Positions 24,970 through 40,814 of a stretch of DNA of 64,000 nt are shown here, in pieces. Origin of the DNA: Moniliella sp. 'wahieum' (Eukaryota); contig RSEE01000104.1 of assembly GCA_003971905.1 (NCBI GenBank), forward strand, positions 62,001-126,000, read 5' to 3'. The notes under the pieces are model-generated. The model saw only the letters and a list, made by a program, of their open reading frames with translations, ran no database searches and was not told where the DNA came from. Within the stretch, counting starts at the first letter, position 1. Every line of letters begins with the position of its first letter. Both the position numbers and the translations under genes were made by a program.

Positions 24970-26557
24970 GGTGCGCGTGTGGCGGCGGGGCGGGGGGCCT
25001 CCGCGGGGGGGAGGAGGGGCAGGGGGTCGTCCATTGGGGGGGGGGTAGATGGTGGGGGCGATGGGGGCGATGGGGGCGATGGAGGAGAAGAGAGGGCTGT
25101 CTATAACTGAAGCTGCCAGGCACGGGTGGGGCAATGGGAGCAGACGTGAGGGCGGGCACGGGGGCAGTGGTGGGCGGTGCGCTGAGGCGCATGCGCGCCT
25201 TCCGATCTGGCCCGCGCTGTCGCACTGGCCGCGGCTGCCCCCGTGCGGCGACGGGTGGCGCCGCGTGGGGAACGCATCGAGTACTAAGGACGAACGCACG
25301 CCTGCGTCTTCTGCCGTTCGTTCCCCCGGCCCCGTCCGGCTCATTCGGGCCGTCTGGATCGCCAGTAGGGGTGGTGGTAGGGGTACTGATACTAGCTAGC
25401 GGTACTGGTACTGACGGAGTCAGAGTAGCCTACGCCCCCCTCCCATCGATAGGAGTTCTGAGATGCAGATTCAGTATTCACCACACGTCGATCCGATGAC
25501 ATCATCAATCACGCATGCTCTCGATCACCCCACAGCACCCCTGCATCCATCGGCGCGACGGCCGATCAGGCGCATCGATCGTCCCGCGCATCCCGCCGGC
25601 CCACGGGCGAATGATGTCATGCATCATGCACCGCAGCTGATGCCACGCCACGCAGGGTGCTAGCACATCAGGACTGAACTCTCCCATCGTCTACCCTCAC
25701 CATTCCCATCCAAATTCCCATCCAAATTCCCATCCAAATTCCCACTCCCACTCCACTCCCACTCCCACTCCCATGCCCACTCCCATCGCAACGCAAAACA
25801 AGGAGGCAGATTGAATCGATACGAGATGAAGATGAAGATGATGAGGGAGATGGAGATACGGATGGAAATCGAGCACATACATGGCAAATCGTCTTTTGGC
25901 ACTGGCCCAACCCATACGCCCCATCCCCCCATCCACCAGGCACGCCACCCAGGCAACCCAGACAGCAGACCAGGAACATGTACTCATGCCCAACTGCGTA
26001 CCTACCGCGTACCAACTTCCGCGTAGGAAACTCAGGTGCTGGAGTGCGCGGCAGCCAGCGGAGGGAGAAGGAACTGCTTGGACGGGGGCACGCTAGCTAT
26101 GCTTGGACGGGGGCACGCTAGCCACTCACTCGGTTTTGCGAGGGGGGCAACGGTGAGCGGTGACATGTGACACCGCCGATGACATGGGACGCCCAGCACC
26201 GATCCTCGCATCGCGGATGTAGATGTAGGATGTAGGATGCAGGACGAGGTAGGGTGTAGGATACAGGACGTGGGATGGGGAAGCATGGGAAGAAGGGGTC
26301 TCTGTGACTGGCCTTCGCTCCAGCGTCAAGCGTCAAGGTGTTCGCTTGGGTCTGGGTCTGGGTCTGGGTCTGGGTCTGGGTCATCTGGGTCCTGGTTTGG
26401 ACCTGGGTCTGGAGTTGGGGTCGAGCACGGGCACGGACCTCCGAGGGACCCCAGTTGGCAGCTGGGAGAACCTGTTCACCCCCCCCCCCCCGTCCCTGAA
26501 CAGGATGTAAGAGCGTGCAAGAGCGTAGCAGAGCTTCCAAGGTCCTGTCAGAGGGTG

Positions 26558-29500
26558 CTAGAGCGTGCGCGACCGGGAGGGAGCAAGGGCGACGACCCTT
26601 TTTTTCGACTCAGAGCAAGCCGGGGAAGGTTCGAGTTGAGCCGGGACCAGTCCGCGGCGCGTGAGACGGTCGCGCAAGTGGCGTAAGAGTTGCAAGGAGG
26701 AATCAGCGAGGAGCTGCAAGGTCCAAAAGGATACGTTGCGGTACCGTTCCAAGTTAGCGTTTTGGGACATGACGTGAGCCGCTAGAGCCTGGTACACTTT
26801 ATCGTACATGATGGGCATGAGACCAGTTTGAGCCAAGTCCATGGACCCATCAAATTCGCTCAGGTCCATCACGATGCGCGCATGGATCGGGATCAGGGTC
26901 CGGTTCGCATTCATAAATGCTACAATTGGCCGGACGAAAGCATGGTTCTTGTAGCTGAGCTGGTTGGTGAAGAGTGGCACGGCCGCTTTGATGTCCTTGA
27001 AGCGCACGTCCATGTCGATCACCACAGTGGGAGAGGGACGTTCGAGCGGGAGCGGGCCTGCGTCGGGCTCGGAGGGGGGCCAAGGTCCGTCCCAGTCTCC
27101 GAGGACGAGAGCACCGCGCGCTCGCGCTCAGTGGGTGCAACCGGGAGGGGAGACGATGACGACGCAGAAGCTGACGGGGGCGCCGTGCGACCTGGCTCAG
27201 TCACTGGCTGTACCGGCGGCGCACCTTGTTCTGCTTCGCTCACGTCTGCCTCCGCCTCTGCCGACGGGACCAAGCACGATGCACGTGGGTCATCCGTGAT
27301 GACGCCCAAGAAGGTCTGACGTCCGTCCTCGGAGAAAAGACTGAGGGTGTCGGTCCAAATTTCGCCCGACTGAATACGTTCTTTCAAGCGGTGCAAAGCG
27401 ACGCGGACGCGTTCTTGTTTGACGTGAAGGGTACGTTGGCGCTCAGCCTCTGCTTCGGACGACAGGGCGACCTGGGACTCCTCGGCTTTCCTTTGGGCCA
27501 ACTGGGCACCAGCACCGACGGCTGTGACGGGGACCTCGATCGCCGGTTCGTTGAGGTCATGTTGGCCCGAGACAAAGCCTCCGCTCGGCTGGGGCGAGCG
27601 GACGCACCTTGCTCGACAGGCTGGGAGGATGGCGTGTGCGCGTGCGGGTACTGGTCCCTGTCGCGCCCGACCAGACCAGACAGGTTGGATGCAATCTCAC
27701 TAAAGATGGCGTTAATGTCCATGTCCTCGGTCAGGTCGCGTGGGAAACGCAGGTCGGCCACCACGTCGAACCGGCCACTGAGGATCCAGGCAATGGGGCC
27801 TGTGGCCTGGGTCGACTGCGACTGGATGTGGTCAAAGTTGACACCGTCGATGCGGATGCGGGACTGGTACGAAACGCGTAAAGTCAGTCTGGATTGTCCC
27901 CTGGGTGTGCCATGCCATAACCCCAGGAGACGGGGAGGGGCGGGGTAGACGTAAGGCAGGGGTTAGGGAGGAGAGAGGGGGGGAGGGACGTACCACGCGG
28001 TCCCATTGGCTCTGCTGGTTCTGCGAGCGTTCCTTCTCGACGGACTTGCCGACAGACTGGGGCGTATGGAGGAGAAGAGGCATCCATCGAACTGCCCCGT
28101 GATGGAGTTGGCCGAGAGAATGTCGTAAAGATCCACTGTTTGCGGAAGCGGGGCAAAGAAGCCGAGAAGACAGACATGTTAAACGGCCGGAACTGGTTGG
28201 GCTGGTAAATCGTGATCAGCACATCCTCCACGTCGAGTCGTTCCAATTCAAAGTCGCCATGTTTGGCAGTACGTCGTGCGGCCTTGGGTCGTACACCCGG
28301 TTCGGGTCCCAAAACACTTGGCGCCGATCCACCGTGCCACGCACACCACGTACCACCGCGCTGCGCAAGATGCCCTTTCCGTCCCACCACTGCCCAAAGT
28401 CCAGCTGACATCAATGCTGTCGACCGACAAGTCAAACATGGTAAAGTTGTTGTTCAACAACTCTTCCTCCAACCCACGCGCGCGCGCCGACATGGGCATC
28501 GCCTTCTCCTGGTCTTCGTAGTACATCCCGTCCCACGCATGGCCACTGTGGTTGTCCTGCGCACCAGGCAGGGACGGGGCAGAGGCGCGGTCGGGCGTGC
28601 GCCGCGTGGGTCCTGTGTGCCCGAGGCGGGCGCAGTAACAGAGGAAGGGTACATAGGCCTCACCTCTTCGTCGGCGTATACGCGCACCCGCCTTTGGCCC
28701 GCCAACACTTCCAGACGATCTTGGCGCAACGTTTCGGGGTCGTAGGAGGAGCGACGGGAGATGAAGACGTTTTTGAAGCTGATCCGCCCTTCACGCCACT
28801 TGGGCACAATCGCCGACTCGAATACGACGCTCACCCCCGTTTCGGCCGTGAGGTAATCGGTCAATTTGCGTGCGATCCAGTGGTCCAGGTTCAACAGCTT
28901 GGCACCGGCAAACACGACGCTGACAAACGTTGTCGTGCCCACTACAAACAGCAAGATCGTGCCCACTGAGCCCAGGGTAAAAAACGCACTGAGATCGTCG
29001 GCGTTGAACCGCCGAAAGAGCGGATGGTAAACCACTTGAACCGGATCTGGAGCCGCGTCCAAAACCCGCGCGCGTACCGCAACAGTTCCTCTTTCGTGGG
29101 CCGGTGCCAGGGGGGGGAGGTGCGGGTCGTGGGGATGTGGGTCGTGATCGAGGCGAGGGTGGTAAGGGTCGTCGTACAAGCGCGACCCATCGTGGGTTTT
29201 CCACAGCGGATCGTCGAATCCGCCCTGGGCCAAGTGGGCCGGGAGGCAAATGCGATGACGAAGGCGAGAGGAGAAGAGGAAGAGGAAGAGGAAAGAGGAA
29301 GAGGAAGGCGAAGGTGAAGGTGAAGATGCCGAGGCGTTGGGATCGGGAAGTTCGCCCCCACCAGCGCTGCTGGCGCCGCGGGAGGAGGGGAAGAGGTAGA
29401 TGAGGCAAGACGACCCTGCTGGATCTGACTCATCTTTTTGTTGAGCGAGGAGGGCGAGGTCGCGAAGGCCTGGCGGGTAGTTGTGGAAGAGTTTTGCATC

Positions 29501-29914
29501 ACCGGATAGGACATGGGGGGCGACCGAGTCGGGGGGGGGAGCAGGAGCAGGGAGGGGGGGGGCAGGGCTGGAGTCTTCAGCGACGACGGTATTGGCGAGT
29601 GGGAGGGTGTGGGGTCGGAGGGATGGCCGCGGGGGCGAGGCGCGGCCGAAGAGGAGGGCGCTCAGCATCGTTGGTGGTGGAGGCGGCCGGGGCGGAGGCA
29701 GAGAAGGCGCGGGCAGAGGACAAGGGGGATGGGGATGCGCATCGCATGCGCAGGGGAAGGGCGCTGGACAGCGGCTGGGGCGCAGGAGCGATGGTGGCGG
29801 AGGAGGGAAGCGAGGGCGCGGTCGCAGCACGGCGGCGGCGGGGGGCAGGGTGCGTGTGGCGGTGCGGGCGAGGGCGCGCGGGGCGTGCAGCACGCCGAAG
29901 GGGGTGGCCGGCAT
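26558..29914 (-). CDS. MDM31: Mitochondrial distribution and morphology protein Mdm31/Mdm32 family
   Basis: RFKWFTIRSF/RRFNADDLSAFF, YLTAETGVSVVFESAIVPKW, ISFKNVFISRR, GDFELERLDVEDVLITIYQP, LPRFRKQW, DVRFKDIKAAVPLFT and VRPIVAFMN. Mitochondrial presequence-like N-terminus. Confidence 0.92.
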
Positions 29915-30265
29915 GGCGGGGGCGGGCGCGACGGTGTGTGGGAGGACGAGGACGGGAGGGCGATGCTACGCGTGCGGCATGCCGGGTGGCGGTGGTGGTG
30001 CGTATGATGGTGATGTGGTTCGCCTTCGCCTTCGCCTGGGCGTCCGTCGGCTGGCGAGCCAAGAACAAATTTTTGCCAGCCATCCGAATTGAAACGGGCC
30101 GGCGAGCGTCGCGTGCTGGCACGGCGCCAGTCTCCCATGCTCTCCGGGCCGCCCTGTGTCGAGACAAGCCTACTATAATCAATCCACCTATGCTGCCCTC
30201 ATTTTGTGGCCATTGGACCATCCCTCGATCCATCCATTTGCTCGTGCTTCTTCTCCTCCTCCCCC

Positions 30266-32931
<2,666 letters not shown>

Positions 32932-33468
32932 CGGGGCCGGCGGTGGCGTGGACGGCCAAGAGAAGAAGGAGGCGCCCCGCCGCCTGAAAAAATAATCCAC
33001 GCCAACAAAATGGACCAGCAGCCTGGCCGGAGTTTACGTCACGTGATGCACCCGCTAGTAGTAGCCCCAACATCCAAACCACACTGAACAAGAGGTAGTA
33101 GTAGTGCGTTTGTCTGCTACGTAGCGCCCCGCTGGGTCGTGGTCCACAGTACTGCTTTGCATAGCCAACACCATTCCTTCCACACACACGCATGCACGAC
33201 ATCTTGCCCGCACACAAGATGCTGGCGGTGATGCAATCACGATATTTCTGGGCGACCAGGGGGAGATTGCGCGGGGGACAGGGGGGATATAACGGGCAAA
33301 AGAACGAAGAGACCAATCGAAATGCAGCTGACGAGCCAGAGCCACAGAAATGACAAAAAAAGAAGCAAACCAAAGAGAGGGTGACCAACCGTACCCGTCA
33401 CAGCCGCCGTCAAGGGGCCAGGGGAGGTAGGGGGGGAAGAAGGGGTGGGGAGGGGGGTATGCGCACGG

Positions 33469-34494
33469 TTAGGCAGAGTGAGCCTTGTTGGCCATTTGGA
33501 CAAACGCATTGTTGATCACGCCCAGGCGGTCAACGTTTCCGGCGGCAGGTGCCGAGGAGGCGACGCTGGCGCTGGCAGCAGGCGCGTTGGTGGGCACGGC
33601 CGAGGTGGGGAAGATGGTGGTAGCCTGCTCCGACACCTCCGATACCCCTTCCTCGAGGGACGCCGCAGCGGAGGCGGAAGCGACGGATGCCAAGCTGACC
33701 GAGGACGCCGAGGCAAGGCTGACGTGCGACAAGGACGCCTGGGAAGCCGCAGCGGAAGCGGCGGCGGCCGACGAAGCAGCCGCGGCCGAGGAAGAAGAAG
33801 CAGCAGCAGCAGCAGCAGCCGAAGCGGAGGCCTTGGACGCCGAGACGGACGACGCGTGGGCACGCCACGCCGAGGCGGCCGAGGCGCTAGAGACGGACGC
33901 CTTGGACGCCGAGACGGACGACGCGTGGGCACGCCACGCCGAGGCAGCCGAGGCGCTGGAGACGGATGCCTCGGATGCGGCCGAGGCGGCGGCGGCAGAC
34001 TTGGAGGCGGCGGCAGACTTGGAGGCGGCGGCAGCCGAGGCACTGGACGCGGCGGCGGCAGCATCGCCAAAGACCCAGGTGATGGGGATCTTTCCGGCGC
34101 CGAGCGGGGAGAGAAGGAGAAGAGGGCCTTGGTCATGTCGAGGTCGGCCCGCCACAGTTGCCCTGGCCAGTGGGACAGGCATCGGCGATGGTGGCGGTGT
34201 GGGATTTGCCGTTGGCGTAGATGGTGATGGTCTGGCCGCAGTACTGGGACTGGGCGTTGAGGTTGCCGTACATGGGCTGGGCGAGGGCGACGGTGAAGGC
34301 GTCGGGGGAGAGGGCGTTGCCCGCCGGCGCCGAGGTCGCCGTGCTGGATCTCGTAGAAGGTGCCGGATGTTTCGTGGCGGGCAGCGTCGCGGGGGTGGTG
34401 GGCGCGGGGCTGTGGAGGCGTGGGCGTGTGCGTGGGCGTGGGCGTGGGCGAGGAGGGCGGCGGCGAGGGCGCCGAGGACGAGGGCGGAGCGCAT
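33469..34494 (-). CDS. Secreted DPBB (RlpA-like/expansin-/loosenin-like) protein with Ser/Ala-rich tail
   Basis: Signal peptide MRSALVLGALAAALLAHA; GTFY...GA, VAL...CGQTITI...TATIADACPT, DLDMTKALF...GKIPITW; long S/A tail containing a 69-bp duplication. Confidence 0.82.
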   Translation of the reverse strand: MRSALVLGALAAALLAHAHAHAHAHASTAPRPPPPRRCPPRNIRHLLRDPARRPRRRRATPSPPTPSPSPSPSPCTATSTPSPSTAARPSPSTPTANPTPPPSPMPVPLARATVAGRPRHDQGPLLLLSPLGAGKIPITWVFGDAAAAASSASAAAASKSAAASKSAAAASAASEASVSSASAASAWRAHASSVSASKASVSSASAASAWRAHASSVSASKASASAAAAAAASSSSAAAASSAAAASAAASQASLSHVSLASASSVSLASVASASAAASLEEGVSEVSEQATTIFPTSAVPTNAPAASASVASSAPAAGNVDRLGVINNAFVQMANKAHSA

Positions 34495-34907
34495 GGTGGC
34501 GGCGGTGGGGAGGGATGGGCAAGGCAGGAGCGGGGAGGGGCAAGAGAAGGTGGTGTGTGAGTGGGAGGAGTGCGAGGGGCTGTGCGGGTGCGCCCACACT
34601 GCCCCTGCGCCTGCGCGGGTGATCGGCGGCGGGGGGGGCTGCTGCGGCGCGGCGCCAGTGTGTGGCGGCGGGCGCAGCGCCACTGTGGCGGCGGGCGAGC
34701 AGGTGGGCTGGGAAGCGCGGCGCGCGGCAGGCACAGGCGCGCACTCCCTAGCACAACCCACCTTCACTTGCAATGTTGCATCCCGTGACCCCGCCGCGTG
34801 ACCCCGAAAAGCCTGCGTACGTCAGCCGCCGCCGCCCCCCCCATGGCGCAGCGGCGGCAGAAAACACCCCCCCACCTCCTCCGCCCCCCCTCATCCAGCC
34901 CGCTACC

Positions 34908-37859
34908 ATGAGTGGGCCGCCGACCATGACGGCCTTCCTCGAGGCCGCCGACGCGCTCTACAAGGCCAGCGACCCCGCCGCTCGCTCCCGCGCCAACGAC
35001 TGGCTCCAGGAGTTCCAGCAGACCTCCGACGCCTGGGCCGTCGCCAACGACGTCCTCCTCGCCCAGTCCCTCAGCCTCGAGCCCCGCCTGCTCGCCGCCC
35101 TCACCTTCCACAAGAAGGTCGTCTACGACCTCGCCCAGCTCCCTCCCGCCGCCCAGGACTCCCTCCGCGACACGCTCCTCGTCGCCCTCGCCGGGTACGC
35201 CGCCGGCCCCCGCGTCATCCAGAACCGCATCTGCCTCACCCTCAGCGCCCTCGCGCTCCAGATGCCCACCTGGGCCAACCCCGTGGGCGACATGATTGCC
35301 CGCTTGGCTCCGACCCCGCCACAGTCAACGTCCTCCTCGAGTTCCTCACCGTCCTCCCCGACGAGGTCACCACCAACAACCGCATCCCCATTCGTGTATG
35401 TATGCCCTCCCCTCTTCCTTGTCCTTCTCCTTGTCCTCTTCTTGCTGACCCGGACCGACGCTGGCAACCAGAACGAGGAGTACTATGCGCGTGTGCCGCA
35501 GCTTCTCGGCGCGCATGTAGAAGAGGTGCTGGGCCTGCTTGCCATGTACCAAACCGCCCAGGGCGTCACCACGCCCATCCAAGCCTCCGTCTTCCGCTGC
35601 ATGCAGTTGGCTTGCCTCGGGCGAGGTGACCGCCTCGGACTTTGCCGCGACGCCGCTGCTGGGCGAAGCGATCAAGGCTGGGAGGACCTGCTGTTCGACG
35701 AGGCGGTGGAGGTGGTTGTGTTGGATCAAGGAGACGCAAGAGATCCACGACAATATGAGTGCCATCACCTCGGTTGCGCCGCTGCTGATTGCGCTCGCGC
35801 CCCAGGTCCAACAGCCGGGGACGACGAGGACCGAGTGCGTGGGTATACGCGTGTGTTTTCCCAGGCTGGCGAAACGTGGTCGCCGCTCTTTGTCTCCCAC
35901 CCGGCCCGACTTTGAGCCGCTGGTCCAAGTCCTGCTCACCTGCACCGCCTACAATGACTTGGACATTGTCGGCATCACGTTCCGCTGTTGGTATTTCCTT
36001 GCTGCTGCCGTGTGGCGTGCGCAGGAAAAGGCGTCTCGGCCGGACCTCGATGGTCTGCGCAGCGCCTTTGTCACGCTCCAGGACACGCTCATCCGCCACC
36101 TCCGCTTCCCCGACGATGACAGCAGCTTGACCGCCAAGAGCGTGACGATTTCCGTGACTTTCGCCATGCCATGGGCGACACGCTCAAGGACTGCTGTGAT
36201 GTGTTGACCCCCGAACGCTGTCTCGCCCACTCGCTCGAATTGATACAACAAGCCATGACGCGCAGCCCGCTGAAATGGCAGGACATTGAGGCCCCGCTCT
36301 TCCCATGCGCGCCATGGGCACCCGTGTGGACCCGCACGACGAACAGATCCTGCCCCAGATCATGGAACTGGTACCACGCAGTTGCCTGCCAACCCGCGGC
36401 TCATATGCCGGCCTCCTCGTCCTGGGCCGCTACACAAGTGGGTCGCGTACCATCCGGACCGCATCCCCACCCTGCTCACCTACATCTCCTCGGCGTTTAA
36501 TGATGGCCAAGAAGACGTGACGGCGGCAGCGGCGCGGGCGCTGCGGTTCCTGTGCCTCGACTGTCGCTCCAGTTTGTCTTCGTACCTGCCGCAACTGTTT
36601 GAGTTTTTCAGCATGCTCAACGCGACCTTGTCGCGGGAAAACTACTGGAAGTGTCTGAGGCGATTGCGCATGTCATCTCGGCCCTGCCGCCGGGCGAAGC
36701 TCTAGAGATGCTACTCAAGTTTGTGCAACCTATTCTGCAAGCTGCCGCGTCGACGGCGACGACGGCAGGTTGCGACGATGGAGCAGCTAAAACGCTCGGC
36801 CGATGCGTTGAAGCAAGTGGATCTGATGCTCAAGATCAACCTGGAGAACGCGAGCAACTTACCGCCCAGCTGTGCTGCCACGGCCCAGCAAGCCTACCTC
36901 TTGATTGACGCCATGATCCAAGCGCGGGCGACAAGACGGTCATGTCGGAAGCGACGTGTGCGCTGCTGCGGCGCGGGATCCAGTTCTTTTGGCCAGACAG
37001 CCGTCGAGGTGGTACCGACCATGGTGCTGCACTTGGCGCAGGCCTTCCAAGCGTCGGGCCACCCTGCGTACGTGTGGATCGTAGGTGCAGCCATTGACAA
37101 TTACGGTTTGCGTCCTGAGCCAGAGCTGCGCGAGGCGCTCAGCACCGCATTCACCCTCGTCTCGGGCAGGTGATGCAAGTGGTGGATGCGGCTGCGCCGC
37201 GGCTGGACACGGTGGCGGATTGATTGATGATTATGTGCATGCGTGTGCGCTGGCTGCTCGACGGCACCCGTGGATCCTACTCTTATCGCCGCACCTGACC
37301 GAGCGGCGCACTTGGCGCTCGATGCACTGGACCTGTACCAGCCCGCTACCGTCCAGCGTCGCTAACCTTCCTGCGTGACTTTGTAGGACACGATGCGTTG
37401 CTCTTACTCCTGCCAGGGGGTGTGCCGACGGCGGAGATGATGGCCGCGGCGGCGCAAAGCGCCCGCGAGCGGGACCGACACGCAAACGCTCACCACTTTC
37501 TCCCTTTTGTTGCGGGGGGTCTTGCTTCGGGTCCTGCGCCGCTGGGGGCCCCCGTGGTGCACACCTTGCTCGTTGGTTTGACAGGCAAGTTTGATGCGGA
37601 GAGCAGCCGATCACGGTATCCATTCTGCGCATGTTGGCTTGGCGCGTTCCCATCGCAGTCGGTCGAGTGGGTACGCGCGGGCGTGCCCAGTCTATCCGCC
37701 AGCAACGTGGCCCAAGCGGACAAAGAAGCGTTTGGACGTCGTACCAGACCGCCGTCGCCAGCCACAACTCGACCACATCCGTGTCGCGCTCAACACGCTC
37801 TACGTGCCTCGCGCCGCACGCGCGAACGCGCTCGGATGGATCGATCCATCCAAGATTAG
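34908..37859 (+). CDS. MTR10: Importin-beta family nuclear import receptor Mtr10/transportin-SR
   Basis: ANDWLQEFQQTSDAW, KVVYDLAQLP, LRDTLL, DLDIVGITFRCWY, LIRHLRFP, FRDFRHAMGDTLKDCC, WQDIEAPLF. Intron at ~35394-35471. Confidence 0.87.
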
Positions 37860-38689
37860 CTTCGCACCCTGGTCTGGCTACGCGCGCCTCCTAGGTCCGT
37901 TCCACCTCCTTTTCTTGTTCTGTTTCTGTGTCTGTTTCGGTACCCACACCAGCACACCGCACATCGTACACCGCATCCAACTCCCGAGCCGCTGGAGGAG
38001 GCTTGGTTCGAATGCGCTGCCTCGAACGGTGGGGAGGGGGATACTCCCGGTCGAGTGGCCAAGAGACAAGGAACACGTTGGTCGACGCATGCAGTGGCGA
38101 GGATGGGAGGACGAGGACCGACGTGCGTGCCGTGCTAACCGTATAATTACACCCACCCCAGCCGCTCGTTCTCTGGCGCAATGCATCCGGCGAGAACGAA
38201 GGTAGCACGCACTGCCTGGCGCGTCGATGTGTAGGCGTTAGGCAGGTTGGATGGACGGGAAAGCAGGCAAGCAGGAACGTAGGAAAACGGGAACGTGGGA
38301 AAGCAGGAAAGCACTGAAGGAAAACAAGAAAACAAGAAAACAACGTGAGTTGTTCCGACCCGACGGGCCACTAGGCTCTCGCGACGGAAACGATACATGG
38401 CAGGGGTGAAGCCGGTGAATTAAACCGTAGTAGACAGAGAAGATATAGGTGAGCACCGCCGCCCACCAGACCGATACTTCCAGGGACACGGGTTACAATA
38501 CTAACTAGTACTTCGAAACGCGGCAATAGTTCGACCCCCTCCCCCGGTATCGGTGCTCATCTTGTAGTAGTTCAATACCTTTCGGGCGGCATTTGTTAGC
38601 CGAGCCGGGCTGTGCTCTGGTGCCTGCCCCGGCCTGCCCTCTGGTTCTTCCTCAGCTCAGAGAGAGACCTGGATCCTTGGGCACACGCT

Positions 38690-39290
38690 TAGTTAGTCAC
38701 TGTACTGCCGAGCTGGTCTGCTCTCTGGCGCTTCGCACGGAGAGAGCCACTGGCGCTCACGCTTTGTTAGTCACTGTACTGCCGAGCTGGGCTGCTCTCT
38801 GGTGCCTCCCTCTGCGAGCATTTGCCCCATGTCTGTTTAACCAGTTTCGACAATCGTACTTTGATCCTCCGAAAGGGCTCCCACGGATTCCCTGTTGATG
38901 AGGCACTGAATCATCCATGACAGTGGTTGCTGTTTCTCTACTGATGAGGTGCCAAAGTTGGTGACACTACCGTCGTGAACATCTCCCAACTCGGTCATAC
39001 ACAGCCTGAAAACATGAGCAGGATTCGCTGTTGCTCAAAGATCTCTAATGTTCGTCATACGGTGCCTCGAAACCTGTATGCAACTGAGGTGCTGGTATTC
39101 CTAGTTCGCATGTCCCAACAATGTACTTTTGCTGCTCAACCTTAGTGCAGATCAGTCCTCAAAACGCAGCTGATTGGTAGTTCAAACGTCTCCAAAGTTG
39201 AACGTACTATGCCTCGAATCATCTGCAGAAGTTATTGGTATACTCCCAGTTCGCATGTCCGAACAATGTGCACTTGCTCCTCAAACAGCA
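38690..39290. repeat. Degenerate direct repeats in a lower-GC intergenic island
   Basis: ttagtcactgtactgccgagctgg at ~38693 and ~38767; (t/c)tggta..agttcgcatgtcc.aacaatgt at ~39092 and ~39235. Confidence 0.7.
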
Positions 39291-40814
39291 TAACAATTGC
39301 ATTAACCATCGCATTGATGCCATCCGATAGCCATGCTGTTGTTTGTTTGAACACCGTTGATACTTGCTGAGGGATATTTGCTGAGGTACGCCTGTCGAGC
39401 ATCTAGTTAAGTGCATGCCATGATAGGCTGGACCAACTGGGGCAGTCGTTCTATCTTTAAAAACCACGACCGTCACAGTCATTGGCCACTTCAAATCCAT
39501 GACAGGTGCTCTGGTGCTTCGGTGGTGCACGTTCCCAACAGACTAGAGTGGACGGAGAGATAGGCTGAATGATGACATGCATTAGTATGTTCCTATACAT
39601 GCTTGAGGTGGAGGATGGGGAGCACAGGCTTGATGGGGAGCGCTCGGTTGGGGATGAGGAGCACAGGCTTGGAGGCGGTGGCACATGCTTGCTGGTGGCG
39701 GGCACAAGCTCAACAACGGTGGCACAAGCACATGGAAAGCACAGGCTTGGAAATGGTGGGCGCATGCTTGGACATGGCCGGCACAAGCTTGGAGACGCCT
39801 GACACAAGGTGGAACCAACAGGGGCCGTCGGACGAGTGCTAGCCTGGACGCGACAGTCAGACAGAACACCCCGTTGAACTTGCACATGGGCAACTCGAAC
39901 TTGAGCATGGCGAGCGTTGAGATGGGGGTAATGATAGGGGAGAGCGACGTGGTGGGGGCACGCGGCTGGTGCAAGAGCGGGTCAGAATGAGGAAGGGTGG
40001 GATGGGATGGAATGGGATGGGATGGGATAGCATGGGATGGCATGGCATGCGTACCGATGCGCTCAACGACGTTGCACATGGCCAAGACGACGTTCGAGAG
40101 AGGAAACCACTGAGCTCAACGACAGCAGGGGCGGCCAAGGGGATCGCGTGGGGCCGCGTGCGTGGAAGCGGTTAGAGATCATCTCGGCGTTCGAGCAAGA
40201 ACACAGGAGAAGTCGGCGCGCCCGCCTGCGCTCTGATGTGGCCGGATCCCGATGCCAAGCGAGACGGCAATCAAGAACTGGAGGCATTAGACGATAGGGA
40301 TTGAATATTGATTGCTAGTGAGCGATGGTAGAGAGTAGCGGAAAGGGAGGAGGAGGGAGTGACTAGTGGAGAGAGGGAAGACTAAGAGCTACTGATTGCC
40401 GAGGCTTCTAGAAGGAGGCTTGGCACACTGCACTAGTGTCCCAACAGTGGGCACGCACATATCCTGCTCCCCCCCGGCAACGACGGCGGCAACGGCAATG
40501 ACAATTAACTAACGATTGTGCCCGTCTGCCGTGCCTGCCCTTCCCCGCGTCCAGCCTGCATCCACCTGGTCTGGCTTCGAGCTTCAACCTCACTCGATTT
40601 GCCTATAGGCGGCGATTGTAGCCCGCCCGATTCACATCGCGCCCGGAGCACACCTTGACAGGTGGGTGGCTGCGCCCAACCCCGGCGGTACGATGCACAG
40701 CAGTCGACTTTTTTCTTCCGATAAAACCTGAGCGTGGTGAGCGGCGCACAGGACTGAAGCACTCTATCTCTACTACGTGCCTCCCCGCGCGGAATGCAAA
40801 CCGAGTCGATGCAG

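Noticed and set aside
38540..38590. GTAGTTCAATACCTTTCGGGCG resembles the 3' end of eukaryotic tRNA-Sec
   Set aside because: The T-stem is incomplete, there is no D or anticodon arm, and Dikarya are not known to have Sec machinery.
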